Both the position numbers and the translations under genes were made by a program. Under the pieces are notes generated by a model. It saw only the letters and a list, made by a program, of their open reading frames with translations. It did not search any database and was not told the origin of the DNA. 64,000 nucleotides of DNA. Source: a bacterium. Its GTDB lineage: Bacteria > Electryoneota > Electryoneia > Electryoneales > Electryoneaceae. Shown here one piece after another: positions 20,314 to 30,607 of this stretch (its first letter is position 1; the number at the start of each line of letters is the position of its first letter). The stretch is taken from positions 320,001 through 384,000 of the forward strand of contig CAXXKJ010000002.1 in NCBI GenBank assembly GCA_963675295.2. Direction: 5' to 3'.

Positions 20314-20880
20314 GTGGCTCTGAGAACACCCTCGTATCACTCCACCACGAGCCTGATCCACACGTTGGTGCTCGTTGCAGTGTTCGCCACGCAAGCCGTG
20401 GCGGAGGATCGCACGCTCACCACCAACCTCGGACGGATCACCATTCCGGACTCCTGGCAGGTCGAACAGGTATCAGACGACCACATCGCGGCGTGGTCCG
20501 ACGAAGACGGGTCCCGTCTGGACCTGTACCAGCGACCGTTTGAGCCGTTGGCTGAATATCTGCATACCCGAGCAGACGAGTTACGCATATCGAGATATGT
20601 GAGAAGTGTGTCGAAAGACTTCCTCGAAGAGGCGAACGCCGGCAAGGGCGGCTTCATCCTCGGCCTGAATCCAGTCGCGGCGGAGGATGCCCCGGTTGTG
20701 CCGGTGGACGGCTGGGACGATCTCGACCTGGAAAACTTGACCGGTGTGCCGTCGGACTACTTGTACGTGGTCGCGTACGAACGTGAACGGCAGCTGTATG
20801 TGCTCGAGGTGACGGCGCCGACGGAGAGCGGGGACGAGCTGTTGCTGGCCGACCTCCACCGGTCCTGGCGACTTCCGTAA
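20314..20880 (+). CDS. Hypothetical exported protein (PsbP-like fold possible)
   Basis: Signal-like LVLVAVFATQAVA; ITIPDSWQV; GGAGG upstream. Confidence 0.5.
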   Translation: MALRTPSYHSTTSLIHTLVLVAVFATQAVAEDRTLTTNLGRITIPDSWQVEQVSDDHIAAWSDEDGSRLDLYQRPFEPLAEYLHTRADELRISRYVRSVSKDFLEEANAGKGGFILGLNPVAAEDAPVVPVDGWDDLDLENLTGVPSDYLYVVAYERERQLYVLEVTAPTESGDELLLADLHRSWRLP

Positions 20881-20922
20881 ATGAGCATATCGAGATAACT
20901 GAGAAAGGAGATATCGCACCGC

Positions 20923-21459
20923 ATGCCCCACCCGCAACCGTTGATGACCGCCGATGATTTCGCCACTGGCATGACCTGGGAACAGTACTTGGAACAGGTT
21001 TCCGCCAGCGCACGCTTGCAGATGAAGCATTACCAGTCGGTTACCGACGACGACCTGTCGGACTTCGCTCCGCCCGATGAAACCCTGTACGCGGTCATCC
21101 TGTCCAAGGAGAAGTGCGGCGACGGCGCCTGGGCGGTCCCTCGCCTGGTTCGCATTCTACGGGATCGCATGGGTATTGAGCTGCGCATCTTCTTCCGGGA
21201 CGAGCGCGAAGACCTGATGGATCATCTCGAAACAGACGGCAAGCGCGCCATCCCGAAGCTCGCGTTGCTGGACAAGGACTTCCGTATTGTGGGAGTCTGG
21301 GGCCCGTATCCGGAGGCGATCAAACCCTATGTCCGTGAGCACGCCGGCATTTACGACCGTTCCGAATGGTATCCGGAAGTGATGAAGTATTACCGTAAAA
21401 CAGGTCATAGAGACCTGATCCGTGATATCCAAACACTGATCACGGAGTTGGATGTATAA
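20923..21459 (+). CDS. Thioredoxin-family protein (monothiol CGD type)
   Basis: CGDG..AVP, FRDE..DLMD..ETDGKRAIPKL and WGP.P motifs. Confidence 0.8.
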   Translation: MPHPQPLMTADDFATGMTWEQYLEQVSASARLQMKHYQSVTDDDLSDFAPPDETLYAVILSKEKCGDGAWAVPRLVRILRDRMGIELRIFFRDEREDLMDHLETDGKRAIPKLALLDKDFRIVGVWGPYPEAIKPYVREHAGIYDRSEWYPEVMKYYRKTGHRDLIRDIQTLITELDV

Positions 21460-21577
21460 GCTCCCCGTGCTCGGAGCCGGGCAATTCAACAAGACTCACG
21501 GCGGGGCACTGCGGGTGCCCCATTGCCAAATTTGTCAGCCTATCTTAGAGGACCTTTACAGCAAACCTGGATGGACG

Positions 21578-24331
21578 ATGCGAATCGCAACCCTGTTCCT
21601 GCTAACCCTGATCCTGTTTGTGACACTCCCAGCTGCCATCCTCGCTTCTTCGGATGCGGGCGCGGTCGTATACGTTAAACTGCAGCCAACGGGCAACGAG
21701 CTGGACGCTCCCCGCGCAGCGGTTGCTGAACGTCCGGAAGTGATAGCGATGGAAACCGCGGTGCCAGCGACGAATGCTCAAATCTTCGCGGCACTTGGCC
21801 AGTGGCAACGGGTCGTTGTCGAACCGGGAACGGATCTGGACGCGTTCCTCGCGGACGTGTCGCAGCTGCCTGGTGTTGAGGTTGCGGAGCGCCAGCCGGT
21901 TCGTGAACTGTGCGTTTTACCGGGGGCAGAGCGTGAGATAGCCGACCGTCCGAACGATCCCCTGATCTCTTACCAGTGGCATTTGTCGCAGATCAATGCG
22001 TTCGCGGCGTGGGACGAAGCCCCGCTCGCGGACGGCGTCAAGATCGCGATTCTTGACAACGGTGTAGACCTTGACCACCGGGACCTCAAGTCGATCATCT
22101 GGATCAATGACGAGGAAGACGGCGGCACGGCCAACTTCGACGATGACGGCAACGGGTACGTGGACGACATTTACGGTTGGGACGCGAACGACTGGGACGG
22201 CAACCCGGACGCGCCGAGCCTCGATCCCAGCGAAAGCCCGGGTCACGGCACCCACTGCTCCGGCATTGCGGCGGCGATTCAAAACAACAACGTTGGTGTC
22301 GCCGGGCTTGCTCGTGGCGCGCAAATTATGGCAGTCCGGGTTGGCGAAGGCCGCACGATCGGGTTTGCGGTGGACGGTTTGCTGTATGCGGTCATCAATG
22401 AAGCAGACGTCATTTCAATGTCCTTCGCCGGCCCGATCGAATCGGTGTTCGAACGGGACATCATCAACTACGCGGCCGATCAGGGGATCATCATCCTTGC
22501 CGCCGCGGGCAACGAAAACAACAATTCGCTGACCTATCCGGCGGCGTATGAAAACGTGATCGGCGTCGCGGCAACCGGCATTGACAACAACATCGCCTCG
22601 TTCAGCAATTATGGCTGGTGGGTGCAGGCCGCCGCACCGGGGGTTGATATCCTCAGCACCTACATCGGTGGCTACGGGTATTCGTCGGGCACGTCCATGG
22701 CGACGCCGCTGGTCGCCGGCCTCGCTGGATTGCTTAAGGGGATGGACCCGGACATCACCCGCGAGCAGGTGCTCGCCCGAATTCAGCAGGGCGCGCAGCC
22801 GGTGGGGAATGCGGGGGAGAAGGAAACGCCGGTTGGTGTGATTGACGCCTGGCGTTCGGTGCTGCCGGATCGTCCGGTAGTCGCATACAAAGGGATGACG
22901 GTCAACAACGCAGACGGCCGCATTCCGCTGGCGGCAACGACCAGCGTCACCTTCGACATGGAGCTGCTTGGCGGGGACGCTGACCAGGTCAAGATCAGCC
23001 TCGTCTCGCTGGCGGAATTCATGTCGACGAACGGCGTGTACAACGGCTCACAGCAGGCGGTCGGCGACTTCACGGCTGACTTTCAGATCACGACCTACGG
23101 CTTCACCGAACAGGGGGACAACCCGGCGGTGCTGCTGATCAACGCGGATGGGTGGCGGGACACGTTGTCCGTGCGCATCCCTGTTGATCCGCCGTATGTC
23201 ACGGTCGAAGGCGGTGAAATGATCGCCAGCGTCACCGACTTCGGCGCGATTGGCTACTGGGACTACGTACCGCCGATCGACACTCGAACCGAAGGCGTCC
23301 GCTTGCTCGGCGACAAGCTCGGCGCGTTGTTCCACGGATCCGTGTTGATCGCGGACATGGCGAACGTTGCTGACTGCATCTACGGCACCGACAATCAAAC
23401 CCAGTTCGATTTCCGTGTTTACGATGACGGGCACTACGCGAAAGTGGATGCACCGCAGGGCCGCGAGATGTGGCGCTGCACCTACACCGACCGCTACGAC
23501 GGCAGCCCTGTGGGCGTGAACGTGACGCAGACCGTGGAAGGGTATCCGGACAACGACGACCAGTCGGTCGTCTACCTGACCTACTCCATCGAGCGTGTGA
23601 TCGGTGCACCAATTGACATGTACGTTGGCATTCTCTGCGACTGGGACATCCTCAATCTGTACGGCAACCAGGTGCATTACAACAGCCAGTATCGCCTGTC
23701 CTACATGAGTGGCAGCAGTTATGGCGGCGGGCAGACACGTTTCGCGGGTATCATGGCGTTGGGTGACGAGACCATCTCCGGCGTCCGTGCGATCAACAAT
23801 TCAAGCTTCAGCTACACCGATTCGAACAAGCTGTCCATCATACGCGGCGGTACCTCCCAGGCTACATCCTCGTCACAGGACGACTGGGCGAACCTGATCG
23901 CGGTTGAGGTGCCGGATGTCGGATCTTCGATTCCGCGCACGGTGGAATTCGCGCTGATCATGGCGAAAACGGAATCGGAACTGCTGAGTATTGCATCCGA
24001 CGTCGCCAGCACGCATGGTGGCAAAACCGTGTCGGTGGGGCACGAGCTACCGTCCCAATTCGAGCTGACACGTGCGTGGCCAAACCCGTTCAATGCGTAC
24101 ACCCGTGTGGATCTCGCGCTGGACGCTGGCGCGGATGTCGAGATCGCGGTGTATGACGTGCTCGGACGGATTGTTACCACGTTACATCGTGGCGAACTCA
24201 CCGCTGGCAGCCACGCGTTTACGTGGAATGGTCTCACCAGCAACGGTCAGCCGGTCGCGGCGGGTGTGTACATCATCGAGGCGAATTCCGGCGACCTGCA
24301 CGCCCGGCAGAAAGTGGTGTTGGTGAAGTAA
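21578..24331 (+). CDS. Secreted S8 subtilisin-like serine peptidase with C-terminal sorting/FlgD-Ig domain
   Basis: Catalytic motifs IAILDNG, HGTHCSG, AAGN and SGTSMATP; WPNPFN...KVVLVK tail. Confidence 0.93.
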   Translation: MRIATLFLLTLILFVTLPAAILASSDAGAVVYVKLQPTGNELDAPRAAVAERPEVIAMETAVPATNAQIFAALGQWQRVVVEPGTDLDAFLADVSQLPGVEVAERQPVRELCVLPGAEREIADRPNDPLISYQWHLSQINAFAAWDEAPLADGVKIAILDNGVDLDHRDLKSIIWINDEEDGGTANFDDDGNGYVDDIYGWDANDWDGNPDAPSLDPSESPGHGTHCSGIAAAIQNNNVGVAGLARGAQIMAVRVGEGRTIGFAVDGLLYAVINEADVISMSFAGPIESVFERDIINYAADQGIIILAAAGNENNNSLTYPAAYENVIGVAATGIDNNIASFSNYGWWVQAAAPGVDILSTYIGGYGYSSGTSMATPLVAGLAGLLKGMDPDITREQVLARIQQGAQPVGNAGEKETPVGVIDAWRSVLPDRPVVAYKGMTVNNADGRIPLAATTSVTFDMELLGGDADQVKISLVSLAEFMSTNGVYNGSQQAVGDFTADFQITTYGFTEQGDNPAVLLINADGWRDTLSVRIPVDPPYVTVEGGEMIASVTDFGAIGYWDYVPPIDTRTEGVRLLGDKLGALFHGSVLIADMANVADCIYGTDNQTQFDFRVYDDGHYAKVDAPQGREMWRCTYTDRYDGSPVGVNVTQTVEGYPDNDDQSVVYLTYSIERVIGAPIDMYVGILCDWDILNLYGNQVHYNSQYRLSYMSGSSYGGGQTRFAGIMALGDETISGVRAINNSSFSYTDSNKLSIIRGGTSQATSSSQDDWANLIAVEVPDVGSSIPRTVEFALIMAKTESELLSIASDVASTHGGKTVSVGHELPSQFELTRAWPNPFNAYTRVDLALDAGADVEIAVYDVLGRIVTTLHRGELTAGSHAFTWNGLTSNGQPVAAGVYIIEANSGDLHARQKVVLVK

Positions 24332-24372
24332 GGCCGTCTTTCGCCTCTGTAAATCGTGCCCGAACGACTACG

Positions 24373-24459
24373 TGCCCGTGTTTGCTTGCAAACGCGGCTA
24401 CGACGCCCCGGGACGTGCTAGTAGTAACCCTTGCCCGTGTTGTCTCTGACAACGCGGGC
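24373..24459 (+). repeat. Two TGCCC-headed REP-like hairpins
   Basis: tgcccgtgtttgcttgcaaacgcgg and tgcccgtgttgtctctgacaacgcggg. Confidence 0.75.
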
Positions 24460-24555
24460 TTGTTATCTCAGTTTGTCCGGATATGACGGCAGTTCCACGG
24501 TTTCCTGGGCAAATCCAGACATCACCCTTTAAATCGGAATCGACCCCCCAAAGAA

Positions 24556-24581
24556 AAAACCGGACACGCGTGTCCGGTTTT
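24556..24581. terminator. Perfect 26-bp palindrome, likely bidirectional terminator
   Basis: aaaaccggacacgcgtgtccggtttt between the convergent S8 peptidase and leuC-like genes. Confidence 0.6.
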
Positions 24582-24706
24582 AGTTGATAGCAACTATTGA
24601 TTCCTGGTGTCTGTGCGAATCCGCCTGACGGTTCGCGCAGAACCGCCCACTCCAAATTACAGGCGTGGGGTTTGAGCCCAGAGCCCGAAGCCCCGAGCCC
24701 GTCCCA

Positions 24707-26029
24707 TCACGAAACCGCCACATCCGGCGTCAGTTTCGCACCCTTCAATTCCTCACGGATCTGATCCATATCCACCGGGAATTCACGCGGATCGGAGATC
24801 TTTCCGGTCAACGCGGTCGCGGCGGCGGTGTGCGGGCTGGCGAGGTACACTTCCGATTCCGGGTTGCCCATCCGGCCGCGGAAGTTGCGGTTCGACGTCG
24901 CGAGCGATTTTTCAGCGTTTGCCGGAACGCCGAGGTGGTTGCCCATGCACGGTCCGCAGCCCGGTGTTGACAAGGTCGCGCCGGCGTTGATCAGCTTCGG
25001 GATGTAGCCGAGGTTCATCGCGTCGAGCATCGTCCGGCTGCTGGCGGGAATGACCACCAGGCGCGTTGTGTTTGCGATATGCTTACCGTCGAGGACATGC
25101 GCGAGGATCGCGAGATCGTCGAGGCGGGCGTTGTTGCACGTGCCGACGAACACCTGTTCGATCGTTTCTCCGGCGAGGTCGGTCACCGGCATCACGTTGT
25201 CCACCGTGTGCGGTGCGGCGACTTGCGGCACCAGCGTCGACAGGTCAAAGTCGAGGATTTCGTCGTAGTCGCAATCCTCATCAGAGAAGACCGGCGTATA
25301 GTTTGTCTTCGCCCGGCCTTCGAGGTAATCGTACACGATCTGGTTCGGCGGAACGTAGCCGACTTTCGCGCCCATTTCGACGGCGAGGTTGCAGATCGTC
25401 ATCCGTTCCGACACGCTGAATTTCGCCGCCGCCGGACCGGTAAACTCGATCGCACGGTAAAGCGCGCCGTCCGCACGGATCGTGCCTGTGATATGCAGCG
25501 CGACATCCTTGACGTACACGCCTTCCGGCAGTTCGCCGTTGAGGTTCATCCGCATCGTTTCCGGGACACGGAACCAGATCTTTCCAGTTGCCATGATCAC
25601 GGCGGTTTCGCTGCGGGTGACGCCGGTTCCGAACGCGCCAAACGCGCCGTAGGTCGTCGAGTGCGAGTCCGATCCGGTCATCACGGTGCCCGGCAGGCAG
25701 TGTCCGTTTTCCGCCATCACCTGGTGGCAGATGCCATTGTTGATGTCGTAGAAATTCTTGATCCCGTGCTTGCGGACGAATTCCCGGATCACCTTGTGGT
25801 TGTTGGCGAAGGTGGCATTGGCCGGCGGCACGCAATGGTCAAGCACGACAAGGTGGATGTCTGGATCGTACAGCTTGTCGACACCGATTTTCTCGAACGT
25901 TTTCGAGATTGCGGCGGTGTTGTCGTGGCTCATCGCGACATCGGGGATCACTTCGACGATCTGCCCGGGCACGACCTCGTCCAACCCACTGTACTTCGCG
26001 AGGATCTTTTCGCTGAAAGTTTTGCCCAT
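24707..26029 (-). CDS. leuC: 3-isopropylmalate dehydratase / homoaconitase large subunit (LeuC2/HacA type)
   Basis: LDH, GICHQ, GSDSHSTTYGAFG, GTCNNAR, PGCGPC.G and TSNRNF.GRMG motifs. Confidence 0.85.
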   Translation of the reverse strand: MGKTFSEKILAKYSGLDEVVPGQIVEVIPDVAMSHDNTAAISKTFEKIGVDKLYDPDIHLVVLDHCVPPANATFANNHKVIREFVRKHGIKNFYDINNGICHQVMAENGHCLPGTVMTGSDSHSTTYGAFGAFGTGVTRSETAVIMATGKIWFRVPETMRMNLNGELPEGVYVKDVALHITGTIRADGALYRAIEFTGPAAAKFSVSERMTICNLAVEMGAKVGYVPPNQIVYDYLEGRAKTNYTPVFSDEDCDYDEILDFDLSTLVPQVAAPHTVDNVMPVTDLAGETIEQVFVGTCNNARLDDLAILAHVLDGKHIANTTRLVVIPASSRTMLDAMNLGYIPKLINAGATLSTPGCGPCMGNHLGVPANAEKSLATSNRNFRGRMGNPESEVYLASPHTAAATALTGKISDPREFPVDMDQIREELKGAKLTPDVAVS

Positions 26030-26351
26030 GCTTGCCTCAACGCTCGGGTGACTGGTTTTTGCGGATACGAAGCCGGCGGGGGAAAGGGATCGTTACACGC
26101 TGGATCGCCCGCCGGGAAGCTGAATGTACGGCTCTACCTCAACCGGCGCAAAAGGCTCAGGGATCGCTGGCGCCGCGCCCTCATCGATTGTCACATTGTA
26201 CGCTAAACAATTCGTAACACTCTTGTTATACAGTGCGCCGGAATAGCGGGATTTTCGCTCGAAACAACGTGAGGATTGTGTTAGCGGGAGCCGTGTAAAA
26301 CGGGTATCTTTTGTTCGCGAACCAATCCTCCCTCGGAGACAGGAACCTCCC

Positions 26352-28727
26352 ATGGCAAAGGCAGATTTACACGTTCATTCCAAGTTTTCCAACCGGCCAT
26401 CGGAATGGGTGCTGCAGCGGCTTGGCGCGGCACAGAGCTACACGGAGCCTGAAACCGTGTACCAGCGTGCCAAGGAAGCGGGCATGACCTATGTCACCAT
26501 CACCGACCACAACACGTATGAAGGGTCGGCGATCCTTGCGCAGAAGTATGACGACGCGTTCACCGGCGCCCAGATGACAACGTACTTCGAGGACGGCTGC
26601 AAGATTCACCTGCTGGTCTGGGGTTTCAATCCGGTCCAGTTCGAGGAAATGCAGACGTTGCGGACCTCGATTTTCGATCTGCGTGAGTATGTTGTGGATC
26701 AGAAAATCACGCACGCAGTTGCGCACGCCACATACAACATCAACAACAAGCTGACCCTTGAACACCTGGAAAAGCTGGTGTTGCTTTTCGACGTGTTCGA
26801 ATCCATGAACGGATCCCAGAACAAGGCGAGCAACAGTTCGTGGTATTATTACCTGAAATACCTGAACGAGGCCAAGCTGGCAGAACTGACGGAACAGCAC
26901 GGTATTCAGCCGCAGACTCCTGATTCCTGGGTCAAGGGCTTCACCGGCGGATCGGATGATCACGCCAACCTGTTCATCGGTAAAACGTACACCATGGCGA
27001 ACTCGGGCAATGTCGAGGGTTTCCTTAAAAGCATCCGGCACCGGAAATCGTTCGCCAAGGGCCGTACCAACGATTTCCACACCCTCGCATTCACCGTCTA
27101 CAAGATCGGGCACGATTTTTCCAAGACGAAAAGCCGTCCGCTCAGCTACACCCCGCTGGCCAGTGTGCCGGACATGATCTTCGGCAACGAAAAGCCGAAC
27201 CTGATCGACAGCCTGCTGGTGCTTGGGATGAAAGCGGATACCGGCTACAAGCGCGACCTTGCGGAGCTGGTGGATGAAATCCGCAAACGCAAGGTGCCCA
27301 ACGTCGAAGACAACATCGATTTCGTCTTCGATCGTATCACTGACATCGTCGACAGCATGATTGCCTCACTGATCGAAACCGTTATCGATAAAACATCATC
27401 CGGCGACCTGTTTTCCGTGGTCAAGGATGTGTCCGCCGCGCTGCCCGGAATTTTCGCGCTGGTCCCGTTTTTCACCAGCCTCAAGGTGATCAACCATAAT
27501 GCGCCGTTGCTGGAGCAGTTGCGCAACGAAGTCCCGGAGCAACGCAACCGTCGCATCTTGTGGTTCACCGACACGCTTGTCGACCTGAACGGTCCCTCAG
27601 TCACGTTGAAGAACATGGGTTGGGCGTTTTATCAGCACGGCATCGACGTCAAGATCGTTACCTGTCTCGAACCCGAGCAGATGACGCCGGATCTGCCGCC
27701 GAACACCGTCAACCTGCCTTATATCTACAAGTTCGAGTTGCCGTATTATGACGCGTACCAGATGAAAATTCCGTCGGTGCTCAAGGCGATGAAAGAGCTG
27801 TATCCGTTCGAGCCGGACGAAGTCTTTATCTCCACTCCCGGTCCGGTTGGTGTGCTGGGGCTCGTGCTCGCGAAACTGCTCAGCATACGAGCCGTCGGGA
27901 TCTACCACACCGACTTCACGCTGGAGCTCAGCGAAATCACCGACATGGACGACAATACGGTCTCCACCGTCGAAGAGGCTGTACGTTGGTTCTACAACCA
28001 GATGGACGAGGTCAAGGTCCCGACCCGGTCGTACATCGAAATCCTCAGCAAGCGCGGAATCTCACCAGACAAGATGTCGGTTTTCCCGCGGTTGATTGAT
28101 CATGAAATCTTCCACCGGCTGCCGGAAAACGAATGGGAGGAGTATCGTATCCCGTTCGACAGCGGTGTGAATTTCCTCTACGCCGGCCGCGTCTCGAAGG
28201 ACAAGAACCTCGAGTTCCTGCTTGAGGTGATTGACGAGATGTACAAGGTGCGGCAGGATATCAACTTCCTCTTTGTTGGTGACGGACCGTATCGCAAGGA
28301 GATGGAGGATCACCTGAAGGGTCATGCGGATCACGTCCATTTCTTCGGTCGTGTACCGCATGACGACTTGCCGAAACTGTATTCCCAGGCGGACGCGTTG
28401 GTCTTCCCCAGTACCACGGACACTTTCGGCATGGTGGTGCTTGAGGCACAGTGTTGTCACCTGCCGGCATTTGTTTCGGACATCGGCGGTCCGAAGGAGA
28501 TTGTGATTCACGAAGAAACCGGCTGGGTGTTGCCGGCGCTCAAGGTGAAGTTGTGGACCGACGCGCTGTTGCAGTACGCGGACGCTGTCTCCAAGGAGAA
28601 GCAGTCGGCGGAAGCGATGCGGCAGGCGGCGGGCGACAACGCGCGTCACCGGTTCGGGTTGCAGGCAGTGCTCAAGGGCCTGACCAGCAGCGAGCTGGTG
28701 CCCCGCCCACGCGAATTGGTCGACTGA
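26352..28727 (+). CDS. PHP-domain / GT4 glycosyltransferase fusion
   Basis: N-terminal DLHVHS, TITDHN, AH and GGSDDH; C-terminal DLNGPS, TPGPVG, YHTDF, YAGRVSKDKN and DTFGMVVLEA. Confidence 0.88.
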   Translation: MAKADLHVHSKFSNRPSEWVLQRLGAAQSYTEPETVYQRAKEAGMTYVTITDHNTYEGSAILAQKYDDAFTGAQMTTYFEDGCKIHLLVWGFNPVQFEEMQTLRTSIFDLREYVVDQKITHAVAHATYNINNKLTLEHLEKLVLLFDVFESMNGSQNKASNSSWYYYLKYLNEAKLAELTEQHGIQPQTPDSWVKGFTGGSDDHANLFIGKTYTMANSGNVEGFLKSIRHRKSFAKGRTNDFHTLAFTVYKIGHDFSKTKSRPLSYTPLASVPDMIFGNEKPNLIDSLLVLGMKADTGYKRDLAELVDEIRKRKVPNVEDNIDFVFDRITDIVDSMIASLIETVIDKTSSGDLFSVVKDVSAALPGIFALVPFFTSLKVINHNAPLLEQLRNEVPEQRNRRILWFTDTLVDLNGPSVTLKNMGWAFYQHGIDVKIVTCLEPEQMTPDLPPNTVNLPYIYKFELPYYDAYQMKIPSVLKAMKELYPFEPDEVFISTPGPVGVLGLVLAKLLSIRAVGIYHTDFTLELSEITDMDDNTVSTVEEAVRWFYNQMDEVKVPTRSYIEILSKRGISPDKMSVFPRLIDHEIFHRLPENEWEEYRIPFDSGVNFLYAGRVSKDKNLEFLLEVIDEMYKVRQDINFLFVGDGPYRKEMEDHLKGHADHVHFFGRVPHDDLPKLYSQADALVFPSTTDTFGMVVLEAQCCHLPAFVSDIGGPKEIVIHEETGWVLPALKVKLWTDALLQYADAVSKEKQSAEAMRQAAGDNARHRFGLQAVLKGLTSSELVPRPRELVD

Positions 28728-28807
28728 CCGCCGGTACCTGGTTGGATAGACCGTACTTAGGTTGATTGGTTGTCACGTCGTGGATCAGGCAGCGATGGTG
28801 CGGAATG

Positions 28808-28943
28808 TGCCCCTGATGGCTCCGCCAGCAGGGATTATCCGAACGGCCATGTACCACAGTGACGACCGTTGTTTCTGTGATGATCGTTGTCTCTGTGATG
28901 ACTGGTTTGTGTGCCCCGACCAGCTTGCTGATCGGGTTCATCC
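28808..28943 (+). repeat. Two TGCCC hairpins separated by a 3x ~18-bp tandem repeat
   Basis: tgcccctgatggctccgccagcagggattatcc; gtga(c/t)ga..g(t/g)t.... x3 at 28859-28910; tgccccgaccagcttgctgatcgggttcatcc. Confidence 0.8.
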
Positions 28944-29095
28944 GGACGTTCAAGGACAACAACCGGTAAGCAGGCGTCAACCGCTGTAGAGAAAGGGGTT
29001 CCCCCGAGGTTCTTACCATGGACTTCAGTCCATGGCAAAGATCTCCGAACGATCAATGCCAACCCCCGGAACACAAGATTCAGGACTCGGAACTC

Positions 29096-30607
29096 GTGGA
29101 TTTCGACATCATCATCATCGGATCGGGCGCGGGCGGCGGCACGGCTGCGTGGGCGCTGTCGAAGGGCGGCAAGCGTGTGTTGTTGATGGAGCGCGGTCGC
29201 CGGTTTGAGGATCCGGAGGCGATGCAGGACGAGGCGGAAACACTGATCCGTATGCGTCCATACGAGAATCGAGATATCTGGATGAATGAGAAGCGCCGCC
29301 GTCTCTATGTCGGTGGCGTAACCGGAGGTGGAACAAGTCTCTACGGTGCGGCGTTGCTGCGTCCCTCTCCTGAAGACTTTCATCCTGGTCGCTACTATTC
29401 ACGCTACTTGCCGCGCCAGCAGTGGGATTGGCCGGTATCTTACGACGATCTCGCGCCATACTATGAGCAGGCGGAGGATCTGTACGGCGTCGCGGCCTCA
29501 ATCGCCGACCCGTTGCTGCACCTGGGTCAGCGAGGAAAGCCGTTCCAGCAGCAGCCCGACCCGTTGGCTCCCATCAGCAAATGGATTGCGCGCGGTGTGC
29601 AACGTCGCGGCTATCACCCGTTCCGGCTGCCGTTGGCGATTGATCGTGCAACCTGCCTGCGTTGCCCCAGCTGCCCGGGCTACTTGTGTCCCACCGGCGC
29701 GCGCGCATCATCTCTGAACCGCTGTATCGACCCTGCGATCCGTGAGTACGGCCTCGAAGTCTGGCACGATACCCAGGCGGAGCAATTGATCCATCAGCGT
29801 AACGGATCCGGCGAGGTTCGTGTCTCAGGGGTGCGGGTAACGCGAAACGGCGAGACGCGTGAGGTGACGGCGGAAAAAATCGTTGTTGCCGCAGGCGCGA
29901 TCGGAACACCGGTGCTGCTGACACGTTCCAGTTTAGGTGCCCGTTCAGGCCAGTTGGGCCGCAATTACATGTACCACGACGGCGGTATCGCGGCGGGGGT
30001 GTACTATCATCCGACCGGCGCGGGTGACAGATTCGGCAAGCAGATCGGGTTTACCGACCTGTATTTCGGCACCGACGAGTTTCCGTTCAAGCTGGGCTAT
30101 GCGCAAGTGTTGCCGGTGCCTGGCCCGAAGACCATTCAGGCGATGCTGCCGTTTCCACTTCCGGACCGGGTTGCGCGCTGGGCGCACGCTCGCATCATCA
30201 CCCTGGCCGGTTCGGTCGAGGATCTGCCGCAGGCGACGAACCGGGTGCAGCTTCGCAGCAACGGATCAATTGTAATTAATCATAAGTTTCATCCGTTTGA
30301 CCGACTGCGGTCGAATTTCTATAAACGGGAAGTCACGAAGATCATGTACGCCGCCGGCGCGCAACTAGTTGTCGGCGCGACGGGCGAGGCGGACGAAACC
30401 CACACCGCCCACCAGGTTGGAACCGCACGTTTCGGCAACGACCCGGAGTTTGCCGTATTGGATGGAAATAACCGGATTTACGGCACGCAGAACGCGTACG
30501 TTGTCGATGGCAGTTTCATGCCGACATCGCTGGGTGTGGGCCCGGCGCTGACCATTATCGCAAACTCACTGCGCGTGAGTGATCATATCCTTGGGGAGGG
30601 AGCGTGA
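29096..30607 (+). CDS. GMC family FAD oxidoreductase with Cys cluster
   Basis: IIIGSGAGGG, GGGTSLYGA, CLRCPSCPGYLC, AAGAIGTP, GRNYMYH, HQVGT.RFG and VVDGSFMP motifs. Confidence 0.9.
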   Translation: MDFDIIIIGSGAGGGTAAWALSKGGKRVLLMERGRRFEDPEAMQDEAETLIRMRPYENRDIWMNEKRRRLYVGGVTGGGTSLYGAALLRPSPEDFHPGRYYSRYLPRQQWDWPVSYDDLAPYYEQAEDLYGVAASIADPLLHLGQRGKPFQQQPDPLAPISKWIARGVQRRGYHPFRLPLAIDRATCLRCPSCPGYLCPTGARASSLNRCIDPAIREYGLEVWHDTQAEQLIHQRNGSGEVRVSGVRVTRNGETREVTAEKIVVAAGAIGTPVLLTRSSLGARSGQLGRNYMYHDGGIAAGVYYHPTGAGDRFGKQIGFTDLYFGTDEFPFKLGYAQVLPVPGPKTIQAMLPFPLPDRVARWAHARIITLAGSVEDLPQATNRVQLRSNGSIVINHKFHPFDRLRSNFYKREVTKIMYAAGAQLVVGATGEADETHTAHQVGTARFGNDPEFAVLDGNNRIYGTQNAYVVDGSFMPTSLGVGPALTIIANSLRVSDHILGEGA

